Origin: Pseudovirgaria hyperparasitica
Lineage: Eukaryota
Strand: one strand, 5' to 3'
DNA length: 64,000 nucleotides
Assembly: GCA_010093815.1 (NCBI GenBank)
Contig: ML996573.1
Positions within the stretch are counted from its first letter, which is position 1; every line of letters starts with the position of its first letter. A program made the position numbers and the translations under genes. The notes under the pieces were generated by a model. That model worked only from the letters and a program-made list of their open reading frames with translations, had not been told where the DNA came from and searched no databases. Below, in pieces: positions 51,711-64,000 of this stretch.

Positions 51711-52436
51711 ATGCCTAGACCAGGAGTTCTGCGTAATACGATAGATCGATTAGATCGACCGAGTTCTTATACTGCGAATAAGGTACACTCGCACACGTGT
51801 TAAGCTATCTTGTATATATACTAACTGGGTCCTCCAATAGAACCGACGTCACCGTAATAACCGTCGCGACGATGATGGAGAACGTACACGGTCGCCTGAA
51901 CCTGATGATAAGCTCAAGGATGCCACAACCCTCTACGTGGGAAATCTGTGCGTGAAGAAAGGACTCGAAAACCACGAGAAATGAGATGGTCTCGCTACTG
52001 ACATTATGATCATAGTTCTTTCTACACGACTGAAGAGCAAATTCACGAGCTATTTGCCAAGTGTGGGGAGATCAAACGTTTGGTCATGGGCCTCGATCGC
52101 TTTACTAAAACCCCATGCGGTTTCTGCTTTGTCGAATACTACAATCATCAGGATGCTCTGGACTGTCTGAAATATATTGGAGGAACGAAGTTGGATGAGC
52201 GCATTATTCGAACAGATCTCGACGAAGGCTTTGTCGAAGGAAGACAGTACGGGTATGTATTTGGAGATCTAATAATGTTAATTCCTTCTATATCGGCGGC
52301 TAACGAGCATGAAAACAGTCGCGGAAAGTCTGGGGGACAGGTCCGAGACGAATATCGCGAGGAATATGATCCAGGCCGCGGTGGGTACGGTCGCGCTCTG
52401 GCTGAGGACCTGGATCAGGACCGCGACGTGCGGTGA
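51711..52436 (+). CDS. CBC2: nuclear cap-binding protein subunit 2 (Cbp20); 3 introns
   Basis: [37 protein letters not shown] and [18 protein letters not shown] motifs. Confidence 0.97.
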
Positions 52437-52576
52437 TGCCCTCTGCTCCTTCTTGCATACAGCGACAGCGTTTTGGCGTTTGGGTTCAATTGCTCCTATA
52501 ATACGGTGGGGGAATACCCCTGCGCTTCTATACGGGAATATGTTCCGGATATACGAATCTAACCATAGCCGTATTC

Positions 52577-53463
52577 TCATCTATTTGTTCTTTGAGAGGA
52601 CTGCTCAAGAACTTGTTCCAGCCACCACACGTGTATCCGCGAGTCCTGCGTCAATTCTGGATGGAAACTTGTGCCAAACACATTGCCCTGTCTGACCGCG
52701 ACAATGTCACCTCCTGGCTCGGCCAATTGAACGGCTTCCTTTCCACGCTTTTTTGCAGCGTCTTTAGGCAAACGCGCAAGTACTTCTACCTCTTGATCAT
52801 ATCCCTGTCTACATAGCTTCGTGTCAATTTCTCGACTGGGAGCAATCACCGTGTCCGTTCTCTCTGCTTCAGCATCCTGAATACCAACCACATGGGGTAG
52901 TATTTTCTCTACAATCGGAGCCCTAATAAATACTGTCCTGAATGGCTTGTTCGCCTGGTTCTTGACCGCATGAGAAGACACCAGGAACGGTAAGTCAAGC
53001 TCTGCTTGAAAGCTTTCCGTCTGGCGACCGAAATGGTTCCTATTGACCCGCACGTCCAGGCCACCAATGAGCTCTTGGCCACCTCTCTTTGTCCTATTCG
53101 CGGATTCAGCCAGTAGTATGAGTCCAGCGCAGGTTCCCCATGTTGGCTTTCTTTGTACCCTGCTTATAATTAGGCCAATGTTTGCGCATTTCGCAGTTCA
53201 CAAACTGACTTTACGAATTGCCGCAAGGGCTCCAACAGTCCAGAGTCGACCGCAACTAATGACATTGTTGTACTCTCTCCGCCAGGTATGATGAGCGCAT
53301 GGCAGCTGTCCAGTTCTTTTTCGGTTCTCACTTCGATAAATCGCCATACTAATCCATTACCGTGCGTCTGATCTATTAGCAACGCTGCTTGACGGAGAAG
53401 TTGAATGTGTTCGCTGAAAGCACCCTGAAGTGCGAGGACCCCAACAATCGTCTGCGCACTCAT
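52577..53463 (-). CDS. PDX2: pyridoxal 5'-phosphate synthase glutaminase subunit (Pdx2/Sno1); 1 intron
   Basis: VGVLALQGAFSEH, IIPGGESTTM, WGTCAG, RNHFGRQ, FIRAP and SFHPEL motifs. Confidence 0.97.
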
Positions 53464-53711
53464 GCTCGTTATACTTTGCTGGAAGATCAATGAAGTCACG
53501 AGTTCGCCGAAGCCGCATTACGAACGGCACAAAAAAAATGATGGCAGGGGTCTGTATCGATAAGGCTAGACTGAGGGGCCGGTGATTACCGCATGTCTTT
53601 CGGAGTCGGTAGCTGACTTCGCATGGCTTTCAATGACTCCGACTCCGGTCTTCTCCCTACATAAACAACTTATCTTTCACGTTGTCGCATTGAGTGGTAG
53701 ACCTTGAGGCA

Positions 53712-54755
53712 ATGGCGAGCACTGGGAGGGATCGTGTGACTTGCTGGCTTCTTGACACAAGAAGTATTTGGCCAGGGACCAATATCGCTGAAGCAGTCCG
53801 TTCCAACGATGCAGGATGAAGTCTTATTTACTGACTACTCCAGGCCTCAGACGAACTGGATCTTGTCAGTCAAGCCGAGCAGGACGATATTAAGAAGAAA
53901 TTTCGCATCCAAGATGCTCGTATGAGCCTAGGGTCGGCGCTGCTGAAACGCCTCTTTGTTGCTAAATCACTCGGGATACCTTGGTCTAAGATCAAGTTCA
54001 GTCGAAAGGGTGATCCGAAACATGGCAAACCATGCTATATAGCAGATGATGGCATAAATGCAATAGAATTCAACATCTCACATCAAGCTGGTCTGGTAGC
54101 GCTTGTCGGGTGTGATATCCAAGACCTACAACTTGGAGTCGACATTGTTTGTGTCAATGAGCGGGATGAGTACAGGACAATCAATTCCGAGGGCTTTGAA
54201 GGGCATACAGAGATTTTCCAGGACATCTTTTCAAGCGACGAGACTCATGATATGACGTACAAAGCGGACACTTTTCAGTTACCAGATGGTACCGAGATAA
54301 CACCATCTATGCTTGGCCCTGATGAGCGTTGCACGAAGCCTCATCGGCAGCTGTCTGCTGAGATTCAAACGGGCGAAAAGAAGAGGTTCGACTCCAAATT
54401 ACTCATCGATGCCAAGCTCCGCCGCTTCTACACATTTTGGTGTTACAAAGAAGCATATATCAAATTGACCGGGGAAGCTTTACTGGCATCATGGCTGAAG
54501 CAACTGGAATTCAAAAATGTCCGCGCTCCGAGATCAGCAGCGCACGAACCGTGGGGAGAGATAGTGAAAGACGCAGAAACCTGGCTACACGGCAAGAAGC
54601 TTGACGATGTTGCGTTACAAATCCAGGCCTTCGAAAAGAACTTCATGATCTCTGTTGCAGCAAAGCCGTCTGGACTCCTGCCCAAGGAACAAATCCCTTC
54701 CTTCACGACTTTGCACTTGGAGAATGATATTGTAGATTTCGCTCAGAACGCTTGA
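53712..54755 (+). CDS. Sfp-type 4'-phosphopantetheinyl transferase (Lys5/NpgA/Ppt1); 1 intron
   Basis: WLLDTR, DARMSLGSALLK, HGKP, FNISHQAG, GVDIVCVNER and FYTFWCYKEAYIKLTGEAL motifs. Confidence 0.95.
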
Positions 54756-55424
54756 TTTTGCGAAGAGTACGTAATTGTTGAATTGAATAAAGCTTATACG
54801 TCAACACTGTCATCCGAAGCCTGGTACTACTCCCTATGGCCCATTGTACTAATCTTTAGCGTTGCGTTCCGGACGTCATTCATCCAAGACGATTCCATCT
54901 GAAAACCCTCGCATGGACCGGGTTCGCGGACTTACAGTGGGTCTGGGCCACGTACAGCCGCGCAACGATCAAATCCCAGCATGAATTGATCTACAGGGGA
55001 AACTCGCGGGACCATTCGATAGTAAAGCAAGGTATTTGTCTCTGCTCACTTATATGGCACAAGTTCATCAACAGGGCCAGTTCCAGGCATGCTGGCAGGC
55101 ACTCAAAGGAGAGATGCCGGATCGAGCTTCGCTACAGTTCTGGGCCGTGGAAAGAGGTGTCTGGTCCGACAAGCCCAGGGTACCAGTGGCACACTGTCAA
55201 TGGATCCATCGACCCAATATTCTATTGCATTTGCTGGAACCCTGCTCACCAATCATAGGAGCGAGAAAATCCACATCCTTGCCTCATTATGATATACACG
55301 CCACCTCGGTCGGACATCCGCTAATATGCCATTACTCGCACTTCCAAAGCTTTTCATCGCAACATAACTTCATTCGAAATCTGGCTCTTGTTCTTTATCT
55401 ATTTTTGATACACATCATATTAAT

Positions 55425-56402
55425 ATGAAATTAATTACTTCAATCACGGCTATTGCCGCTGCTGTGTCTGGTGCCGAAGCGTATTGGAAGGGGTTCAATC
55501 TTGCTGCAAACAAGCAAGACGGCGCCTGTAAAACTCGTGAGGACTGGGAGAATGATTTCAACCGACTCAAAGGACTCCCGGGCCACTTCACTTCTGTTAG
55601 GCTGTACGCCTCGAGCGACTGTAATACGTTGCAAAATGCCGTTCCCGCAGCCTTGAACACGGGGATTCAGATTCTTGTGGGGGTCTGGGTGAGTAAACAT
55701 AATGAAATAATGATATGATTGCTTACACTTTTCAGGCTCAAGACTCCGCTCACTTCACACGTGAGAAAGATGCACTCTCTGCTGCGATCCAGCAATATGG
55801 TCACGATTGGATCATTGCGATCAGTGTGGGATCCGAGGACTTGTACCGCAAGGATATTGATCCGAACCAATTGGCTAAGCAGATTTACGACGTGCGTGGA
55901 ATGGTGAGAAATTTTGGATTATCCCAGGAGGTCGGCCATGTCGATACGTGGACTGCTTGGTAAGTCCCGTCTATACTCTTATAGTTCTCTACAAGCGCAA
56001 TTGTTGATATGTTCTCATAGGGTTGACGGCGCAAACGAGGTCGTAATCACGGCATCTGATTTTGTGGCGCTTGACGGCTACCCTTACTTCGAGGGCTCGT
56101 CGATTGAAGATGCAGCAAACACGTTCTGGACATCTGTGCAACGTACTCGTGACGTTGTCAACCGCGTCAAATCTGGAACCTGGGTCTGGGTCACAGAGAC
56201 TGGCTGGCCCTACAAAGGTGAAACCTTTGGGGGGAAGGCGGTTGCATCTCAACAAAACGCTCAGACTTATTGGTCCAACGTTGCCTGCGATGCCATGAAC
56301 AACATGCATTTCTTCTACTATATCGACGTCGACTACAATCAGAGCCCATCATTCGGCGTACTGGACTCCAACTTCAATCCCATCATCAACCTGCAATGTT
56401 AG
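55425..56402 (+). CDS. secreted GH17 beta-1,3-glucanase/glucanosyltransferase; 2 introns
   Basis: Signal peptide, VRLYASSDC, ISVGSEDLYR, GHVDTW, DGYPYF and WVTETGWP motifs. Confidence 0.93.
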
Positions 56403-57494
56403 AGATGATGGCACAAACTCCAGGCATCTAGAAGCCCCTCCAAACATTTCGAATGTAATATAGTATAGACTAAAAGGCATCCACAAGCCAAATATTATGT
56501 AGCATATAGATCTGGCGGGACGTTCAATAACCAAATCCAATCATTGTACCTATCTATTGACTCGTGTCATATGATCGCAAACGTTAAGCCACATTGGTCC
56601 TCTGGGGGCTGTATATGTAGACCTTCTACACAAGCGCGCATTATCGAAGTCACATGTCGTGCTTCCACCAAGCGACAGACCCACAAGGTCGTTTCGAATG
56701 GCTTCGACAAATCTTCTCGAAGCTCTTACCGTATACCACGGCTCATCGACGAAGCGCGCTTGCATCATTGAGGCAATGTATCGGGACGTCTACGGTGTGT
56801 ATCGAGGCCAACACTGATGACGAGGCCCTCAACGTCGTCAACATCTTCACTTTACTCTTTTTCAGTCGGCTCGCTCGGCAAACGTCCAACAGGAACGTTG
56901 TTGATCATCCTCTATTGAAACATGTAACAGAGTTTCGATACACGGCGCCCTCCGATGCTCGCTGCACGATGAATTCTACCTGAAGAGGCAACCTTGCAGT
57001 ATGCAGCCGGTCAAGCTGTGAGCCCAATCGAGCGATACATTCACACATAGCTTATAGGTACAACGGTCGATGCGCTGGCTGTTCCTGCAACCCCTCCTCT
57101 GGTGTGATGAGCAGCGAGTCATCCCGTTAGCTAGGAAGTCGGTGAGGCTGCAAGCCCGCGGTGGCTATTCACAGCCTCGTGTGGATCTCGCTGAAACAGA
57201 TTGTGATGCTAATTGGACAGATGAAGAAAAACTGACCGCTTACGCCTCGCCGCACTGCACGCAACGCCGTTACCCGGCATCTGCACACTAGCCTCAGTTG
57301 GGAGAGCCAAGCATCTGGTGATGGTAACTCTCTGCTTGTAAGACGCTGTTCTGTATTCATATAAAGGGCATGGGGCCCCGAAGTATCTCTGACTGGATAT
57401 CATCTTGATCACCAAACATCCACAGCGAAAGCCTTCGAACACAGACTCATCAATCACGGACATTCCAAGTAAACATCATCACATCAACAAGCAG

Positions 57495-58052
57495 ATGACT
57501 ACTCCTGCTACTCAGGTCTCGAGCAGTACTGAAGCTTTTGGTCCCCCAAGTCGTTCAAATACCGGAAGTTCTACTTTTACGACCTGCTCACAGATTGAGT
57601 CGCCTTCCGAGGTCATTGACCCCTCTCAGCCAAGCAACACACGACCATTCAGATCTACAGCTTCAGGCTTATCATCGATAGCAGAGCAGAGCTTCTTAGG
57701 TGCTCTGTCCTCTCGAGTTCGAGGTCGCTCGCGAAACCGCTCGCAAACTTCGTCTCGCAATCAGTCCAGATCTCCGATGCCTCCACCTAGCAGGATGGCT
57801 TCAGACAGAATCCTATCATCCTCACCAGTGAGACCTCGTGCCTCGCGCCAGCAATCAGAGTATAGTGGATCAACTCTGGTCAGTGACCATAAAGTTCCAA
57901 ATCGCCAAACCACATCCGACTCCCACCAGTCATCGCACTCTCGTGAGAACTTCCACTGGCAAGGGAGACACTCCAACTCTTGGCTCTTCAACGACTTCAG
58001 CGTTATCGGCACTATCAAAAGTGTAACAAGGAGGAACAGAAGGGTCTCTTAG
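57495..58052 (+). CDS. Ser/Arg-rich hypothetical protein
   Basis: Open frame with a C-terminal GRHSNSWLFNDFS motif that I recall from small conserved ascomycete proteins. Confidence 0.65.
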   Translation: MTTPATQVSSSTEAFGPPSRSNTGSSTFTTCSQIESPSEVIDPSQPSNTRPFRSTASGLSSIAEQSFLGALSSRVRGRSRNRSQTSSRNQSRSPMPPPSRMASDRILSSSPVRPRASRQQSEYSGSTLVSDHKVPNRQTTSDSHQSSHSRENFHWQGRHSNSWLFNDFSVIGTIKSVTRRNRRVS

Positions 58053-58768
58053 CCTGTCCCAGATAAGATAAGAGCACTGGTGCTCCCTGTTTTCTTGGAT
58101 GCTGCTAGGTCTTTTGACGACGCTAGTAATAACAGGAACGTTCAACGGAAGATGCTTTGACCTGGAGTCGGCACCTTAACCGTACGATAGCGCTCGCTTT
58201 ATTGCGATTTACGACTCATATGTGTTTCATATTGTACCAGGAATGAATCAGAGATTGACAGATACCCATACCGATTGAGGAGAAGGAAGACAACTTCGGT
58301 ATATATAGAATCTCGAGACTCCTCTCCTATAATGTATTTAACTAGATAGCTGAAAGATATGTAATTGATGTTCACTGGACAACGAGAATAATTATATGAG
58401 GAACCTTGGAAGCTTCTTACCCCTCCACCCCAGTGACCCCACCTACTGACCCAAGGATCATGGATCTGAGCACCTGAGTGTACAAGGGACGCGATTCCAG
58501 GCCTTGGGTTTGCTTTTGCCATGATAGCAAGTGCGACATCGCTGCAAATCAACCATGCATATTTTCAGGTCATGCCCAGCATGTCAACACGAGCATCACC
58601 GCTTGTCCCAGCTCAGACAAGGTCCCAAGGATCCAGTCTCGGTGCTCCAGTCGGCATAGAACGACTAGGCCGCGAGAAATCCAGTCCGAGTCTGAGTCAC
58701 TTATAAATCAGCCTTCTGTCGAGAGAAAGTGCGTCCCTTCAGTATCGCAAGGCTGGCCTAACAAGACA

Positions 58769-60308
58769 ATGTCGCCATCACTTCACAACATGTCGGACGA
58801 GGAGCCTTCGGGACTCCCGGTTCCTAATCCGAGCTCGTCGTTCTGGCACAGTGAGCCGAACGAGTTCTTGATCGGACATCGGACGACGCCAGAGCTTCCC
58901 GCGCATGCAGATGTGGTCATCGTTGGAAGTGGCATCACAGGAGCTAGTGTGGCAAGGTATCTGAATGAAGATGTCCGGATGAAAGGGAAGACCACAGTAA
59001 TGCTGGAGGCAAGAGAAGCGTGCTGGGGAGCTACAGGCAGAGTAAGTAACCCATAGATGTCGTAAACGTTTCCCGTTGCTTTCGCTGAGAGATTCCTACT
59101 AGAATGGTGGTCATTGCCAGCCACTGCTTTATGACCATGGTCCCGATGTCGCTGCGTTTGAACTTAAGAATGTGGCTGCCGTAGGAGAATACATCACGAA
59201 GCACAAGATAGCTTGCGAATGGCGCCCCATCACTGGATGTCGGACTTTGTGGAGCGACGACCTTCTTACTATTGCCGAAGGTCAGGTAGAAATGCTGCGA
59301 AAGACACACCCAGACATTGCGAAGCGTATCAAAGTCATCAAGGATCCTGCGGAGCTCCAAGCAAACCGGATCGGCGAGGGCTGTAAAGGGGCAACGCTCA
59401 CCCAGGGCGCGGCAAGTCTGTGGCCGTACAAGTACGTCGCGTTCATCCTGGAAAGTCTCGTCAAGGCCGGAGCTCTGAACATCCAGACCAACACTCCCGT
59501 AACGAGAATCGAAGCAGTCTCCTCATCCGAATCCAGCAAATCTTCCCCATTCCGCCGGATACTCCACACGCCTCGCGGCACCATCAAGGCCCACACCGTC
59601 ATCCTAGCCACAAACGGCTACACATCACACATCCTCCCCTCCTTCGCAGACCTCATCGTCCCGAACCGCGGCGAGATGAGCGCCCTCCTCCCACCCCGCG
59701 GCATGCAGCGCCTGGCAAACTCATACGGCTTCGTAGGCTCAAACGGCCAAGACCCACAGCACGACGACTATCTAGTCCAGCGGCCCTTCGACAACGAGCC
59801 AAACCCGGCCGGCCACCTCATGTTCGGAGGCGGACGTGACGCAGGAAACCTGCCTTCCGTCCACGAATGGGACGACTCGGTCATCGATGAAGCCGCGGCT
59901 GCATACCTGCGCCGGGTGCTGCTCGACGGGCTGATTCTAGGTGGCGATACGGCGGACTTGACGGAGTTGGAAGCCACGCATCAGTGGACGGGGATTATGG
60001 GGTACTCGCGCGATGATGCACCCTGGGTCGGCCAGGTCCCTGATTGTGCGGGTTTATTCATGGCGGCAGGGTACACGGGGCATGGCATGCCGAATGCGAC
60101 GCTGTGTGGGAAGGCGGTTGTGGAGATGGCACTGGCTGATATGAATGGTGAGGATGCGGAGGCGCTTAGGGAGAGGATGGTGCGAGACGCGGATTTGCCA
60201 GTGGGCTATTTCATTACGAAGGATAGGATGGCGAATGCTAGGCAGTTGCCTACTGTAGAAGTGGCGGATCAGATGGGGTTTCTTGGACTGAAACTTCCGA
60301 AGGTGTAG
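58769..60308 (+). CDS. FAD-dependent oxidoreductase (DAO/glycine oxidase superfamily); 1 intron
   Basis: VVIVGSGITG, LEAREACWGATGR|NGGH, ATNGY, WTGIMG and GYTGHGM motifs; intron 59042-59102. Confidence 0.92.
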
Positions 60309-60898
60309 ATGGCTATTAGGATCGGGGCTTAGCCCAAGAACAGAGGTCCATATATGATTTGGGGTGGTTCAATAAACGATATTGTAACTTGGCCTATTAA
60401 CATCTCCTACACCTATATAACACTACTAACCTATCACTGCATTCCATTAGCAACAGTAAACACCCAGCACATTCAAACCCAAAACAATCAATGTCTCGAA
60501 CATTCCAAAAGCACCCCTCGAACGCCGTTCCAAGATCTCCAACAAATCCAAATCTGTGCCCCAGAGCCTCGATGGCACGTGTTATGTCATATGCACTCCG
60601 GACGATCTGACATTCTAAAACGACCCCCTATCCCATCCACAAGCCTGTGTAGATCAAGTGTCCTCGCACAATAAATACACAACCAAAGAACAGGAGCACA
60701 CGAACGTACATATCCAACAAGATCCTACACGATCCCGTCAACTGGCTACGTCCACCCATAGAACTATAGAAAGTGTTCCGGGCTGGGGAAAGGGGGACAT
60801 GGTATAAATCGATATCAACAAAAGGACGCTATGTATTAATTTACTTACGATCTTTACTTTCTTACTTCCTCTCTCTCATATATTGTACTTCTGTAAAC

Positions 60899-61020
60899 TA
60901 TGTACCTAGGTTATGTACCTGTATTATGTGTGTACCTATATGTGTGCCTATATTATGTACCTATACTGTGTACCTATAGTATATACCTATACTATATACC
61001 CACACTATGTAGCTATACCA
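60899..61020. repeat. degenerate minisatellite, ~12-13-bp unit TATGTACCTATA
   Basis: About 8-9 imperfect copies (tatgtacctag, tatgtacctgt, tgtgtacctat, tatgtacctatac, tgtgtacctatag, tatatacctatac). Confidence 0.75.
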
Positions 61021-63039
61021 TGCACCCAATCACACCGTCCCCACGGTATACCTTCCTCACTCTCAAGCCCTCCCAAATGCAATAACCCCATGACCCCATA
61101 TCCCGTGACCATAAGCTTATGACACCGTACCCACCTCCCACTGCTCATTCTCCCACCTTTCTCGTACCCCGATTCTCAGTTTCTGCCACGTCAAAATAAA
61201 TGGTAGACAACAATGTTTCCTTGATGACTTGATATATACATAAACGTGTAGTAAACAGCATATCAAACACACAAGCAAGATACATTCCACAGCACACTGC
61301 CCTTCCTTCCTTTCTTCCCTCCTTCTCACACGCACAGGCACACAAACCAAGCAATCCAATCCAATCCAATACAACGCAAAAGCAGAACGAAGAAGCCGCA
61401 CATAACACTCCCCCAACCCACCCCCAACCTCTCTCCCGCCGATCTCGGCCCGGAGGTTAAACACGCACATTCGGATCTACCGTATATACCGTAACGCCTA
61501 GTCCGTTCCCGGGGAAAAGTTAACGCGAGCGCAAGGGGTATCACAAAGACAGGCAGGCGGACAGGGGTGCCATGTATGTATGATGTGGGATGTATGGTAT
61601 GGAATGGGATGGGATGATATGGTAGGGTAAAGCATGGCGAGATAGAGGGTGGGTGGCGGATCCGGATAAGGATTTCCGGGGTGGATGCGTGGTAGATGAC
61701 GATGTGTGCATGGTGTGGGGTGGTGGTTGGATGGATAGACGGATGGACGGGCGGATGGGCGGATGGACGGATAGGTGGAGAGAAGAGGGGGATGTGTGGC
61801 TGTCTGTGCATTCTTGGGTGTTTGGATGGGTTTGGATCTGTGATTGCTGGTTTTATCTTATTCTGGACAGTTGTACTTGGGGGTTGAGGGGGTTGGACGA
61901 GGAGTGAACAGTGAGAAGGGAGGCAGAGTGACGTAGTCTGTGTAAGATAGGGAGCGCATGGGTATAGCTCCTAATGAACGACCGAATAACAGCAAGAGCC
62001 ACTAAGAGAGTCCTACATGTAAGATTCCAGGACAGTATGAATCACCACACGTGACGCGTGCTCAAACGGGGGGCACAATGATGACTTGGTACGCGAGCTC
62101 GCCACGATGCACATGGAGAAACAGCAGCCACTTCACGTAGATATGCAAAAGGTACAGAATAGGACTTGCGAGATTTCCATTTGCTAAAGCTCGACGCCGG
62201 CCTCGCAGCCTCGGATGAGGTAAATATGCACTGCGAGTTCCCCCGACGGAGCGCTTGAATGTATACACTACATACCAAGCATCGTGCGCCACCACCGAAC
62301 AACAAAACACCAAAACAAAACAGTCCCGAAATAGGACCAAACCAAGCCGAAAGCGAAAGCGAATGCAAGCGCCTGTCCATGAAAAAATGCCAGATTTATC
62401 CCAATTTGTGGCACCGCGAGACTTTGACGACATGAAAGGCCGTGACGTCGTGAGAGAGTGGGTATACCAGCTAAAATGCAGTAGCATGCAGAATGGTGCT
62501 AGGACGCATGCTGTGTACAACAAACGAGAGAAAAAACTTTAATTCCGGTAAGAGGATGTTTCTTTTTCTTTTTCCAAAAAGACCCTGTGAACTTGTGTTG
62601 GATTCTCCGGTGGGTGAGACAGTGGGAAGCGACTGAAGGGCGCCAGGTCCTGTTCGCGTGGAGATGAAATGAAATATATGCTGTTGAAAACACCGTGGGC
62701 CTGGCCTGAGTATGCATATAACCAAGGGAATGATGCGAACGGAAGGAGACGAGATTGCGGTCGACTGAATCATACCCCGGATCTATCATCTAGATTGGTC
62801 CTAAGAAATCGCCGTCTTGGTGTTTTTTCATCTGTATGGTGATTGTTCCGCTGGTTGTGGCAGAAATTTATAGGCAAACCGTACATGCCAAAGGTATCGA
62901 TGAGGCCCGAATGTCCCAGCCAATGCAACGGCTGTCGACATGCAAAGATAACGCCGAGATGCTTACACTGAACCAGTGTGCGATGCACATGTGGAAGCCA
63001 TGATGAAACGCCGCCATGTATGATGTCTTTTCAGATTTT

Positions 63040-63041
<2 letters not shown>

Positions 63042-63123
<82 letters not shown>
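63042..63123. repeat. (GT)41 microsatellite
   Basis: Perfect dinucleotide run of 82 bp. Confidence 0.99.
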
Positions 63124-63125
<2 letters not shown>

Positions 63126-63128
63126 GCA

Positions 63129-63704
63129 TTAGCGGCTGGCGACTGGCCTAGCACGCATCTGATGTCCCATATCACCACGACGTTGAGCTTCTTCTCTGAT
63201 CAATTTTTCGACGAGGTCATTCTGGGAGGTTTTAGTAGGCGGAGCTCCAGTGCCAGCAAGAAAGTAGCCACCGGCATGCTGTTGTTGCTCAAGTTCCAAC
63301 GGCGTAACTGGACCGGGACTGCCTAGAGGACAGAGACGAGGGCTCGCGGGATCCGGGCCATCGGCAGATTTGTGGTTCCTGGCGTTGGCAGCAATGAGCT
63401 CACGTTGGTAGATGTAGAGCTGGCGCTGGGCGTCAGAGTACTGCTTGTGCTGCATCCGGGGCGAGACGGGAGCGGTCGGAGTATTGGAAACAGTCGGAGG
63501 AGTATTGCTGGCGCTGCTATTCTGGTTTGATGGAAAATTCGCCGGATGGAAGCGAGGCAGTGATGGTAGCTTCAACTGTCCGACTGGTTGTCCCGAACCA
63601 TGAGATCGGACTGGCCGACGCTGCTGCGAGGGGATCTGTAAGGACTCCATTCTAGTGGGAGAGAGCGGCTGCAAAGGAGAGCGAGGAGGACCTCTTGGAG
63701 ACAT
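63129..63704 (-). CDS. conserved fungal Pro/Ser-rich hypothetical protein
   Basis: LKLPSLPRFHPANF, SDAQRQL..YQRELI and SPRLCPLGSPGPVTPLELE motifs, which I recall from uncharacterised Pezizomycotina proteins. Confidence 0.75.
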   Translation of the reverse strand: MSPRGPPRSPLQPLSPTRMESLQIPSQQRRPVRSHGSGQPVGQLKLPSLPRFHPANFPSNQNSSASNTPPTVSNTPTAPVSPRMQHKQYSDAQRQLYIYQRELIAANARNHKSADGPDPASPRLCPLGSPGPVTPLELEQQQHAGGYFLAGTGAPPTKTSQNDLVEKLIREEAQRRGDMGHQMRARPVASR

Positions 63705-64000
63705 TTTTCGAGAATTGAGATATCAAAATGCGAAATCGAAACGCCGAGGCGGCCGCAATCGGCGATTGGGCTTCCTCACCGCACAGGAATGTTTAGCACC
63801 GGAAGACGGAGGGTGAAAGTGAGAGCGGTGATACGGGAGTGTAAATTTATTGGAGAAGATCTGTCTTGCAGCGGGTGGTGAGTGGCGTCCTGATGCGAGA
63901 AATGCAGGTAGAAGGATGTAGTGTGTTGTGTTTGGTGCAGTTAATTGGGAGAGTTTGAGGAGGATCGACTGCCGATGACGCCTTGCCGTGGGGAGTTCTC

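Noticed and set aside
57104..57194. C/D-box-like pattern GTGATGA...CTGA with an internal hairpin
   Set aside because: No convincing rRNA-complementary guide or terminal stem; compatible with chance.

Overview
Gene-dense eukaryotic DNA from a filamentous ascomycete (Pezizomycotina; short GT-AG introns with CTRAC branch sites, about 28 protein-coding genes). Recognisable genes in order: ERV25 3' end, secreted aldose 1-epimerase, SUN-family glucanase, Dabb barrel protein, glutathione peroxidase, NCL1/TRM4, Xbp1-like APSES factor, RRD2/PTPA, Pex24/28/29-family peroxin, SPE3, Pom1-like DYRK kinase, choline sulfatase, SRR1-like protein, BIM1-like His1 GPI protein, NUP82, CBC2, PDX2/SNO1, Sfp-type PPTase, GH17 glucanase and an FAD oxidoreductase. 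Two intervals look accessory or decaying. The 3.4-7.8 kb interval holds a diverged tandem pair of orphan paralogues and a TpA-rich RIP-like relic. The 21-29 kb interval holds an FMN-dependent hydroxy-acid dehydrogenase pseudogene whose 3' half (22061-22580) is inverted between 6-bp inverted microhomologies. Other signals: recurring strand-symmetric C/A-rich to G/T-rich skew flips independent of gene orientation, a tandem CreA-site repeat, a GC-AG intron, a tandem splice donor in SPE3 and a dual-start GPX. I found no tRNA, rRNA, CRISPR array or intact transposon, and no clearly novel multi-gene system. All family assignments are by motif recognition from memory, not database searches.
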